From Macrostomum lignano (lineage: Eukaryota): DNA of 64,000 nt. A program made the translations under genes and the position numbers. Below are positions 11,396 through 22,700 of the stretch, in pieces; within the stretch, counting starts at the first letter, position 1, and each line of letters opens with the position of its first letter. The stretch covers positions 12,210-76,209 of the forward strand of contig NIVC01003802.1 in assembly GCA_002269645.1 (NCBI GenBank). Reading direction: 5' to 3'. The notes below the pieces were generated by a model. The model was not told the DNA's origin. It saw only the letters and a program-made list of their open reading frames with translations, and made no database searches.

Positions 11396-13404
11396 AGTCT
11401 CCGTAGCTATAAGTAAGTAACGAGTAAAATTGAAGCTCTAGAGCAAAGCTAAGTCAAATGGAACAGGTCTGAGAAATCTTAATTAATAAACTCTGTGAGT
11501 TTGGGCTTTAAAGCCAATTCTCTCTTTTCATTTAGCGAACCTAATGCTCCTCTTATGCTGGTCTATTGTGCCTTGCTTACTAAAGACTTTTCTCTCCTAC
11601 CTTTGCCTCCACTCCTCATCTCTCTCTCCGACAGCTTTCTCTCCATTATAGTGTCTGCTTTCATCGATTTGCTCTGACGCACAGACGGTTTCTGTCAGCA
11701 GCAAGATGTGCGGAATAATATAGTACCTGTCTTTCCTATACCAGTCTCCGGCCCAGGTTCTTATAATAGCCGACTGGCAAAACAAGTTAAAGTTAGCATA
11801 CGAGCGTAGAGTATAACAGACTAGTTGGAACACTATTATGCACTGGCATGAAAACATTCTTTACTCGGAAGCGCAACGTCGCCCAGTCGCCGTTACTTTA
11901 AATACAGCAGAACGAAAACAAAAACTCCAAATAAAAGTACTCTAAAGACTCAATTTCAACTGTAATGCAAAGTTTTTCCTAAAACTATAATTTATAAATA
12001 CGCGAATAGATGAATGTTATAGTAAAGGTACTTAATGCTAAACGGCAACATTCTACAAATAAATAACTGGCTACTGTTGAAGATAAAAGTAAAACTGATG
12101 GGTCGGCTCACAAATGCGGTTTCATCATTTCATTATGAAGGCTCAACATTTTTATTGCATCAGAGATGCATCGGAGTCAGTTGTTTGTCGATTAGTTGTC
12201 AGTAAATTTTGTGGTCGAGTTGCAGTTTGAGCTGATCTGATTGTGCTTGTCGAGCGCCGATCGTCACCATTGCCTTTTATTTGTGGAATTATTAGTTAGT
12301 AGTTTAGTAATTATTAATACTGTGCCTCTGCCAAATTATTGTATAGCTTTTATTGTAACTAGTAGTAGTCGTTAGTTTTAATTAGTCGGTCTCGAAAGAG
12401 GCCGTTCGGGTAACAAATTATACTACCATTGCAACCTAATTTAACCGATGAATCCCACCGTGATGGCTAGTAGGGATACAAGGCTAGAAATTCTGCCCCA
12501 GTGGATTAGGAACTGGTAGCCTAAAAAAGCCTTCAAAGTTTTACACTCCATCTAGTTCTCGCTGTACTCTACCGGTACCTGAAAGTTAATCGCAAGCCTA
12601 AGATCCCCGATCCCATAAATATACTGCTAGATACTGGCCAGCAAGTAAATTCAAAGCCAAATTTAAACAGCGCTTTCTATTTGAACTTCAGCGTATTTTG
12701 GAAGCGACAAGTCAAAGAACAGAACCATCGCAAAAAGATGCTGTGAAAATTTAAAAAGGAAAAGAAAAGACTTTATTTGAGGGAATAACCTGGGAAATGA
12801 CGATTTCATAACTCGTACAAACTTAATGCTCTCATATGGAAGCGCGGTAGCCGATTAAACGATTTGAAGACACGTTATTGAAAACATACAGTCAAGTTAT
12901 TATGCCCTGTTGCTGGTCTTTCAATGTTCAAGCGATTAGCACGTAGTGGCTCTTTTTAGTACTAATAGTAATCTTTCAAGAGTAATCGCTTGGCCACTGT
13001 TGGGTCAGGCAATCATGGAATTTTTTTTTTAGTTCGGTAGCTCTTTTTGCTTTAAAGTCGGCGCCCTCTGCTGCAGAAACTGCTTCTGTCAATATTGGCA
13101 ATTGCCTATCAGCTGTTGAATCATTAATGCACAGATTTCTTTTTAAGCTGTTGGCTGCCTACTAAAAGCTGCAATCTTGAGGCTGCATGCAGAATACCGG
13201 AGCAAACTGTTGTTGCGTTTCTCTATTAATAGGAGTTATAAGTAGATGCACTTTGATCCAACGCGGCGCAGGGAGGTGCGATAAAAGTCAGCCCTGATAG
13301 TCGATATGGTTAGTCGAACGGCCCAGTATGTGAGTTGGGTTTTACCGTTTCTTAATGCTCAAAACTTTTTGGTCTATTCAGTAGGTTTAATCAATCAATT
13401 TTCG

Positions 13405-13578
13405 CAGGAGGGCTGTTCAGTCCAAGGACTGGGGGGAGGGGGGTCGCCACACACACCCTTAATTACCCCAGCTAATGCTGACACACATTTTACAATGCTG
13501 ACACCAGTGGAATCAGGAATCGAACCCTCAACCTTCAAGTCATGAATCCGATGCTCTAACCACTAGGTTACAACACTA
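13405..13578 (-). mobile_element. tRNA-derived SINE family B (CORE-like), internally deleted copy
   Basis: tRNA-like head with B-box GGTTCGATTCC; shares CAGCATTAGCTGGGG...AGTCCTTGGACTGAACAGCC with the copies at 30.5 kb and 53 kb. Confidence 0.8.
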
Positions 13579-14448
13579 GGAAAAATGCGAAAACGTGTTA
13601 AAAAGCTTTCCAGAGCATTTACCCTGCCCACTGTAAATCATCTTGATAGCACTTTCTACGCTGATACCGGGGTAAATGTCATTAATGAAAATAATCAAGT
13701 CACCTACGCTTTGGAGCTCTTAGAGCGTTTTTTACACGTTCAGGCAGAAAATAGTATTGCGCAGATTGAGCAACCGTTTATCGGAGCTTTCTGCATTCAC
13801 TGCAGGTTAATACGCAAAGCTCATAAATTCACCTGATTATTTGAGGCATAGAAAAGTGCAGTAACTTATATGTATAAAAAATGGCAGAATATGTTTAAAA
13901 TTGTCATTAGTTATTATCGAAACATACGCCGCTCCGATCAAAATTTAAGAACAAATTTAGCTATGGAAAATCAGTATACAGGTATCCGTGCAGCATGGTA
14001 CACAGAGTCTCCATTGGTTTGCGCTGACTAGCGCAGCTCCTGTCGTCCCATTTAACGGACAGATGCTTCAATTTACGGGGCGAATGGTTGGGATTGCAGG
14101 GCTTTCCGAGAAGCTCGATAGCCCAAATAAGTTTGGCCGTCTCCGCTGAAATTTGATCCTGACAGAAAGAAAATTTATGGCGAAACCAACACGGCGCACT
14201 GGAGAAGCTCAGAAGCAGCCATTTGCACTAAAAATACTGAAACCTTTGAGTAGAAATCGAGCAGGCTGGAATCAGCACCAACTTGGTAAATTATTTATTT
14301 GAATTTCGGCTACTGGCTGCCAGACTTTTTGAAAATTCCGCGACCATAAATTCATAGTTTAAAAAGCACTCACTTCTATTTCAAGCTTTTTTTGTCAAAA
14401 ATTTATTGCACTTTGATAATTCTATTCTGATTTAAGACAGGGTCCTTT

Positions 14449-14680
<232 letters not shown>

Positions 14681-15295
14681 AACTTTAAAGTTCAGTATGT
14701 GACACTGTTTATTTATCTTTAAGTACAGAAAAATCGAGCAACGTTGTTCTTCTAGTAGAGCCATCGGTCACTGAACAAGAACTAACCATTAGCAAGCAGC
14801 TCAATGCCTATTTAACTGCTTACTGTCCTTAATCCCTTTGCTGAAGCAGTATTTTAGATTGTACTTTTTTATATTGGTTTAATAAATTCTGTTAGAATAA
14901 AAAATTAAGCAATTCTTCCCTCACATTTTGTTCTAAAAGTATAAATTTGCTTCCATATTTTACAGATAACTTACGGGCACTTTCCAAAAACTAAAAAATG
15001 ACATTACCTTCTTTAAAATAATCGTAACCTATTTTTTAACCCGTAAAAATCGTTGTGCCTATCCATGAAATAGTTGATTTTGCATCGATTTAAAACCTAC
15101 ATCTATTATCGATTTTATTCAACCTACGACGCAATTTCCTATTCAGTTTATTGCCATTCCTTTAAATAAAACAATTCGAGGGTTGAATATTTTGCCAAAA
15201 ATAGTTTCACAGCGATTGCAAACGCTTTAATTTCCAACGTCCAATCAAAAGCGACGAGACAGACATGGCGCAATAGGCTTCGTACCGAGGCTATT

Positions 15296-16600
15296 ATGTG
15301 GGTATCTGTATTTATAAGAGTTGCCAGCAGCATCTCAAGAGCGCACTCCAAGTTAGGCGGAAAATTGAAGGAAAGGAATTTCTTAGAAATGTCACTGAAA
15401 GTCGCGAACGACTCTGAGTCGGAATCGTCCGTTTGCGAGGCCTATTGTCAGGCGAATACAATTTTGTGGAGCGTTCTGCTTCCGCCACTCTTAGCCGTTG
15501 GCCTGATAGGCAACTTGCTCATTGTGCTTGTGTTCAGTACTAGTACCAAACGACGGCGAAGGAAGCCGGTCCTCTGCATCACCATGGTGACGCTGGCCTG
15601 CGCCGATCTGCTCGTGTTCCTGTTCCCCATCACGCGGCACTGGCTGAGACACGCCAAGCTCTACATCAGCTTTGACGTGCAAACTTTGGGCACAGGTGTC
15701 TGCAAGACGCACGAGTTTCTCGTCTACTTCTCGTTGATGTTCAGCATCTGGATGGTGGTGCTGGTGTCCGGAGAGAGATTCACCATCATCTGTTTCCCCT
15801 TGCGTCGATCGCGACTCCTGACGCCGCGTCGAATCGTCGCTGTGATTGTTGCTATCATAACTGTCTCTGCACTGCTCAATGTGCATTTCTTTTGGACTCG
15901 CGAATTCGTCTGGAACCACCAACTGAACCGAATGAGCTGTCAGAATGCGCGTTCGGGTCTGGACGCGTTCATTTCTAAATCGGTTCACCCCTTCGTAGAT
16001 ATGACCTTCACCGCTGGGCTGCCGCTCCTGCTATTGGTCATCTTCACTGGGGCGATCGCGCACAGACTTTACCAAAGAAGTCGCCAGCTTAAAACTCTGA
16101 CAGCCGGGCTCAGCAACTGCTCGCCAGCTGGACGGCAGCATCGCCTGCTCACGCCAACCACGCGAATGGTGCTGCCTGTGCCGCTGTTGTTCATCCCGCT
16201 GGCGATGCCCGTGAAGTTCTGGCTAGTTGTGCACCACGGCAAAGGCATTCCGGGCTCCGTCCAGCCGGGCACGCCCGAGTACCACAGTGTCCGGCTGGGC
16301 TGGTCCGGCCTTCTGTTCTTGCAGTTCTGCAACTTCGCCTGCAACTTCTTTATTTACAGTCTGATGTCCGCCGACTTTCGCGCCGACTTGGCCAGACTTT
16401 TGTGCGGCCGGTGCCGTCGCCGGGTCTGGTGTCGCGGGGGTGAGCAGTCGGCCTCGACCAGATCGGCGCCGCCAACCGCAGCCGCAGCAGTAGACGCCGC
16501 CGATGTCGTTGTGAACGACAGGAAGATGGTGCTAGCAAGCAACTTTGATGACGCGAGCTCGGTCTACCAGATGCAGCTCCGGTCTTGCAGACGATGTTAA
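15296..16600 (+). CDS. Single-exon class A GPCR, peptide (FMRFamide/GPR139-142-like) receptor type
   Basis: Seven hydrophobic segments; GLIGN in TM1, LACADLL in TM2, SGERF at the end of TM3, NFFIY in TM7. A second ATG at 15389 may be the true start. Confidence 0.9.
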   Translation: MWVSVFIRVASSISRAHSKLGGKLKERNFLEMSLKVANDSESESSVCEAYCQANTILWSVLLPPLLAVGLIGNLLIVLVFSTSTKRRRRKPVLCITMVTLACADLLVFLFPITRHWLRHAKLYISFDVQTLGTGVCKTHEFLVYFSLMFSIWMVVLVSGERFTIICFPLRRSRLLTPRRIVAVIVAIITVSALLNVHFFWTREFVWNHQLNRMSCQNARSGLDAFISKSVHPFVDMTFTAGLPLLLLVIFTGAIAHRLYQRSRQLKTLTAGLSNCSPAGRQHRLLTPTTRMVLPVPLLFIPLAMPVKFWLVVHHGKGIPGSVQPGTPEYHSVRLGWSGLLFLQFCNFACNFFIYSLMSADFRADLARLLCGRCRRRVWCRGGEQSASTRSAPPTAAAAVDAADVVVNDRKMVLASNFDDASSVYQMQLRSCRRC

Positions 16601-18544
16601 ACTTCAGTAAAAAGAATTGAGAGACATTACGAAAGTCAAATATTTTTTATAAATAATATTTACCTGTACAATAAGATTTGTTTTCGTCTAGTCGGATTAT
16701 GAACTCAAGTATGATTGGATCTTATTTACTGTTACATGTAATGTCTTATACATTTGTTGAATTATATTATCCGGAGTTAATCTAAAACACCATCAGATCC
16801 ACAAGCTAATTTTAACATAAATTTTGCCCCATCCTGCACACCTTTCTACGCAGTAGAGATTAATTACCAGAAAATTCACTAGATATTTGTGTTGCCATAT
16901 ACCAGTGCAAATACGAGCAGCGAATAAATTACAAAAAAAAATTAATTCCATTCTGAGTGTGATATTAAAATTTCGTTCCGTAGACACACAAAATTGTTAA
17001 AGCATGCAGTTTGGGTGCATGCAGTTCACTGTACTGACTGAATTTATATGCGTTTCCATGTGCACAACACTGCCGCATGTTTGAATATTAAAGCTCTCCC
17101 TCTGATTCATAGAACTTACTCCGTTGTCTTGTTCAGGTGCAAATGTTCCTGCCGGAGTCTCACGGAGAGCTGCTAAGCTCAACAATTATACAATTATTAA
17201 TGCTGAATTAGCGTACTTTGTGTTGTCTAATTCACTAATAAAGTGGTATTTCTCCCGCTATCTAACCTATGCCCCGTTTAACTGAGTCCGGTGAGATGAA
17301 GAGAAACTGCTGGATGCCAGTTTTATTCACACTGAATTTGTCTATGGCAAAACCAAGGACTACCCAAGTAAAAGGACGGAAAAGTACGGTTCTTGGAAAA
17401 TTTTAAAAGGCAGGTTTTACCAAAGAAATACATTACGGAGATTGGACTTGGAGCTGGTTTTCATTTTTCCAGCAAAAAAATGTTATTGCTTTTGATAGAA
17501 GGGAGACACAATTTTCATCTTTTGATATGCCTTGCCTTTATTATATACTTATTGATATTCATAAAGTTTTTCGTTACGTTTTTTAAATTTTCCAAGAATT
17601 CAGTTTCTCCTCCTTCTACTCGAGTAGCCCTTGAGTGAAACTCCATCCAGCGCCAGGTATCAAAGGATCGAGATTAGGAGTTAGGGTTAAGTCGTGGCTT
17701 AAAGAGAGGCTTTAATACCAAAGCTTCAAGCTGGACTACTGATATCCTAGGCTAGATAACTGGCTTTCGAGGTGAATGCTTTTTGCTTTAAACACATCAG
17801 GTTCTTTCAGAAACTAACAATATTGATTGTACAAGGTCAAAATATGGATTTAGTTTATTCTAGCAAGTTGCTTCTCTCTTTGTTGCCTCCCATCGGGGGG
17901 CGCAGATCGCTAGTTCAATGACAACAAACTGAAAACTTTCTAGCTCGCCAAGAACAGTCTCAAGCAAATATTTTAGCACGGATTGCACGCCTAGCGTACT
18001 TCTACTTTAGTTGACCACGAAAACAGAAATGTTGTGAGGTTTACTAAAACTACAACTGCACTCAGGGGTATTGTGAACTTATTCGCATTGAGCTCTCCAA
18101 CTAATAGTAATCGTAGGTTACGCAATCGGCAGCTTGAGTGTGGAGCAAAATGCCAGTTGCGAGCGTGCAAACTGATACAAACAATTTTGGCGTCAGTGGT
18201 ATACTATTTGTTCGATAAAACTTCTGCAAAAGTAATAAAAAAAGTGTTGCAACCGTACACTATCTATAATCGCTATTATCAGTAGTCATGTTTTGCTGAC
18301 CAGATATTTCTGTAAAGTTTGATGGCGGTGTATAGAGGCTTGTTCCCGAGAAATGCTGCGACTGTACGAAAAAGAATATGTACAATGATGGCAGTGTGAA
18401 GGAGTGCAAAAGTTGTGCCGCGCGAAAGGGAATGGTTAATCAGTAATTTCTAAAAGCACTACTTACAGTAATGTTCAGAATGCGTCGTCGTACGCAAATG
18501 AAAAATTTGTATAAGCAGTAGCTTTTTATTATTACTCGTAGAAT

Positions 18545-18880
18545 CAGGGGTTTGTGTGCACTCTGGTACACTTTAAACGACATTGTTATTACCAATTCCG
18601 CCGACTCCCCTGAGCAGGCGCACAAGCGCGCGGATACGTACGCAGTCATACGCACAGGCACACACTCACACAGGAGTGTACAGCGGCCCTAACTTTATTT
18701 ATCGTTAGGCATGTACACTTCACTGTGCCTTGGGGCTCGGCCCTCAATCGCATTAATCCCACGAGCAGAGCCAAGCCGAGATTCCAATTCAGCCCCAAAT
18801 TAATGTGGACTGCACTTGGAATCGAGCCTGGGCCGCTGGTACATCAGAGCGTCGCGCCAGACCACTGAGTCCCTGCCCCT
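18545..18880 (-). mobile_element. tRNA-derived SINE family A, copy 1
   Basis: Reverse complement of the copies at 25052 and 31612; A-box CAGTGGTCTGG, B-box GCTCGATTCC, shared body and tail. Confidence 0.88.
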
Positions 18881-19145
18881 GATAAACATTAGTTTTATCA
18901 GTCTAAGAAATATTCAACAACAACTCTTCTTTCATTTACAAGAGTTCTGCAGAGTATTTAGATTAGCTGAGCTACCTGTAGTCCTCTAGAGCCTATTATT
19001 AGCTGCAAAACGGGTGGAGCCAAGAGTGTATGCATTTTCCACCTTGCCTCTCTGCCTTCCAGGTCGCTCCTCCTTTCTAACGCTTACCTCTGATCCTCCC
19101 AATACACTCCCTAAGCTCAGCGTTTCTCTCTCCCCTCTGTCCGTT

Positions 19146-19159
19146 GTTGCCATGACAAC
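19146..19159. promoter_or_regulatory. RFX X-box upstream of TRPA1
   Basis: GTTGCCATGACAAC fits the 14-bp X-box consensus (GTTNCC-AT-RGNAAC type), ~550 nt upstream of the TRPA1 ATG. Confidence 0.6.
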
Positions 19160-19706
19160 AAAACTGTACCACAAACCCCGCCCTGTGAGCCAGGCAGGAT
19201 GCTTGACAAGCGCGGATGGGTACTTTTTCCTTTCTATCTTTGCCCGGCAGTTCAGCTCTTCCCGATCCAGAGAGTGCTTATAGGTCGCAGTTTCACTCTC
19301 TCCCCCTCTCTCACCCTCTCCGTCTCTCCGTCTCCCAAATTCTCGTCCCGCTCATTCCTATTTTTTTCATTCTTTAAGGCTGAGCAAACGCTGATCCGCA
19401 CAGATACGGGAAAGGTGTGTACACTGTAGTTGGGGCCTCACAGTGCCTCTACCCTAGCCCATTGTCACCGCACTTTGAATTCAAAATCCAATATTAAAAA
19501 GATAGAAATTAAGGCTCTGAGCGGCATCATCAGCTTAAGTACAGGAGAAGCACAGACAGTGGCTAGCTAAAGGTACAGCCACAGTTGGACATTGCTAGGG
19601 AGCAGGAATCAAATTACTTAATACGGCCCCGGTCCCGCCCAGTTTTATTGCTAAGGGGAAGATAATAAAAACAGAGTGAGCACAGCGGAGCATCTGCACA
19701 GCGTGC

Positions 19707-22700
19707 ATGAGCTCTGGTAACAACAGGGTGTCACCGGCGATGGCAGCTGTGAACCAGGCGTTGGTGCCAGACAATGACAACGAGCTGGTGGCGTCGGCGC
19801 GGCCCCAGCCGGGACGTGCGATACCCAACGCGCCGGAGTACGGATCGCCCGAGCACTTGAGACGTGTCCCCGAGCCGTTGAAACAGCAGCAGCAGCAGCA
19901 GCAGGTCACCCTGTCGGAGAACCTGCCAGTTCAGATGGTGCGATTCCTGCGCTCAACCGAAGACGGCGGCGCGGACGATCAAGGCGTCGGCGTCAACATT
20001 GGGAAGTCGCGAGTTAACCAGGTGGTCACCTTCCAGGAGATGATTGAGGTAAAAACACTTTTTTCAAATTAATGTCTTCATGCACAGACAGTTTAATTTT
20101 GACGAACGAAAACTATAAAAAGTTGCAATAAAGGCACAATCCCGCGAACTTTCTGTTAGAGAGCGTCAAAGATGACCGAGTTAAAAGCATAGGTAAAAAA
20201 TTAAACTCCTCTAAAAACTAAATGAAGAGGCAACCAAACTCGATGAATGACAACAGAGGTCAAATTCTGCTACGTCTTGGACGTCACATCGATCGGCCTA
20301 GAAGATGATTTGGGGAATCCACCAAAACGCATCTTGCCCTCCAAGTTGTTTTATATCTGAGGGTCCTGACGTTTTCTTCTGATACAAAACTCTTGTCTTT
20401 ATTAGAGAAAAAAGATGTGACAGCTGCCTTTATTAAGCTACGTTTACATCCATATATTCTCATGGGTCGGTGTTCTGGCTTAGAATGTTTGCTAAGTAAG
20501 GCGCAGCAAAACAATACCAGCTCATGACGAACCACACAGGCAGCGAAAGAAGGCCGAACCAAAGACCTGGACGAACTGATGGGTCCGTCAGTTCCAACGG
20601 GCCCAACCGGCGTGATCAAGGTGCGCAAGAACATCCCAATCGACAAGCGCGACTCCGAAGGCTACAGCATGCTGCACTATGCGGCCAGGAACAACCACAG
20701 CGATGTTTGCGAGCTTCTTATCAAACGAGGCGCTGACGTGAACGTAGAAGGGCCGGATCAGATGACGCCGCTGCACCTGGCTGCCAAATATCGAAGGTCG
20801 CGGTCCAAAGCGGCGATTACTGTGAGTTTGGTGAAGGCCAACTGATAAATAGACCATTCTGGATCTTTGCTCTTGTTTTTTATTCATTTTAGAGGTCTAT
20901 GAATTGCATTGACGCTTTTATCTACCAGGCGATTAAAACAATCTACCCAGGAGCTACCACTATCGACCCTCATATATTTATCAACGTTTACTCTCATGTA
21001 ATTACCAATTTCCTACCCTAGAGTTAACACTGTCTACCCTAGAGTTAACACTGTCTACCCTAGAGTTACCACTGCACTGTCTACCCTAGAGTTACCACTG
21101 CACTGTCTACCCTAGAGTTACCACTGCACTGTCTACCCTAGAGTTACCACTGCACTGTCTACCCTAGAGTTACCACTGCACTGTCTACCCTAGAGTTACC
21201 ACTGCACTGTCTACCCTAGAGTTACCACTGCACTGTCTACCCTAGAGTTACCACTGTCTACCCTAGAGTTACCACTGCACTGTCTACCCCAGAGTTACCA
21301 CTGTCTACCCCAGAGTTACCACTGTCTACCCTAGAGTTACGACTGTCTATCCTAGAGTTATCACTGACTGTCCACAATAGAGTTACGTTCACCACTGTCT
21401 ACTCAAGGTTGCTACTTTCCTTGAGTCTCGCCTGCTCCCTGGAACTTTTATTGACTTCGCAGACTACTTCTGGTGACCTGCTGGTTTTATATAGCTGTCA
21501 TTGTTATTGTAAATGGTGATTTACAACTACAAGTACAACAAGGACCCGCCAAAAGCATTAAAGTTTGCAAGATTTGAGCAGCATTTAGATGCACACTAAA
21601 GCACTGGCTGTCTAAACAATGAAATGCCAAACCTCCGGAAACCTGGCCCCAGCAGCAAGCATGTCCACCGTTTGGCATTTTCTATTCCCAATTCCAGCTG
21701 TGTGTACCTTGCTGTTTCCATAGCAACCCTCGTGAGGTTTTAGAGCCTGCAGCAGCAGAAGCTTAATAATATTGCAAACTGTCTCCCCCCTCTCGCTCTC
21801 GCTCTCGCCCTCACCCTCGCTCAACTGCCCCTGTCTCTTCTCCATTTGCTTACTGAGAAAACATTGACATTAGCAGAGAATATTGGCAATAAAAAAATCA
21901 GTCTGTTCACGCTAGGAGCGCTGCTACTGAGTAGGACTAGCTATGCCAACCAGTAGTGAACTTTTTGACAGTAAAGAATATGCACTAATAGGCGCATAAG
22001 TGTCTCGTTGAATCCAAACGCAATCGGCCTTTCATTCACCTAGAAACTAACAAAGAAGGCGCGGTGTATTTTGTTGCCTTTGATGTCAACTAACTAGCTT
22101 GGGATGCTGACTGTGTGGGTAGGGCGTATGATGGAGAGTTAGAGCGAACAGATATCTCAAGTCCCAGCCAATCACTACACGGCACACTTGACAAGGTGGA
22201 GGGTACAGTGGACATGTGTCAGCCAATCAGCGGTCACTTCAATATTGTACTACAGAATTGTACGTTCTGTAGGTGGGTGGGTGTCCGAAGTGGAACTTTC
22301 TCATTGGCTGGCAGATCTCACTACTTCTCAGTCTCTCCATGGATGCCCGACAGATCTTGTGTCACTTTTCTCGATTCTAGCTATAACGCGTCACGGGAGA
22401 TCAATATAACTAGGGAAAGACTACCAAATGACATTAAATTTACTTAAATTATTTCGCCTAATAAAATAAATAGAAACTGAAGCAATCTGGAAGTGCAGAC
22501 GCTGTGACAGCCGCCGCTGACATTGGCACCGCCGGCAAAGGCGGAGCTTTTACAAATTTGCCGCCCATTCATAACGTGTCACTGCGAGGCAGAGCTCGCA
22601 CAGCTGTGAGAAATGCTTGGATGAAATTGAAGCTTTTTTCCTCTCCTACTGACCTGTTTTTGAGTCGGATTTCATCTTGGATTTCTTTTCTCTATCTAGA

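Noticed and set aside
11715-11760. GPETGIGKTG P-loop-like peptide on the minus strand
   Set aside because: It is bounded by nearby stops, has no preceding beta-strand and no Walker B; likely chance.
11944-11960. AAGACTCAATTT resembling part of a flatworm spliced-leader sequence
   Set aside because: The match is only ~12 nt, with no SL donor or Sm-site context.
13520-13578. tRNA-like sequences (also 25052-25125, 30690-30761, 52950-53010)
   Set aside because: They have no intact acceptor stem or cloverleaf and continue into shared SINE bodies, so they are SINE heads rather than tRNA genes.
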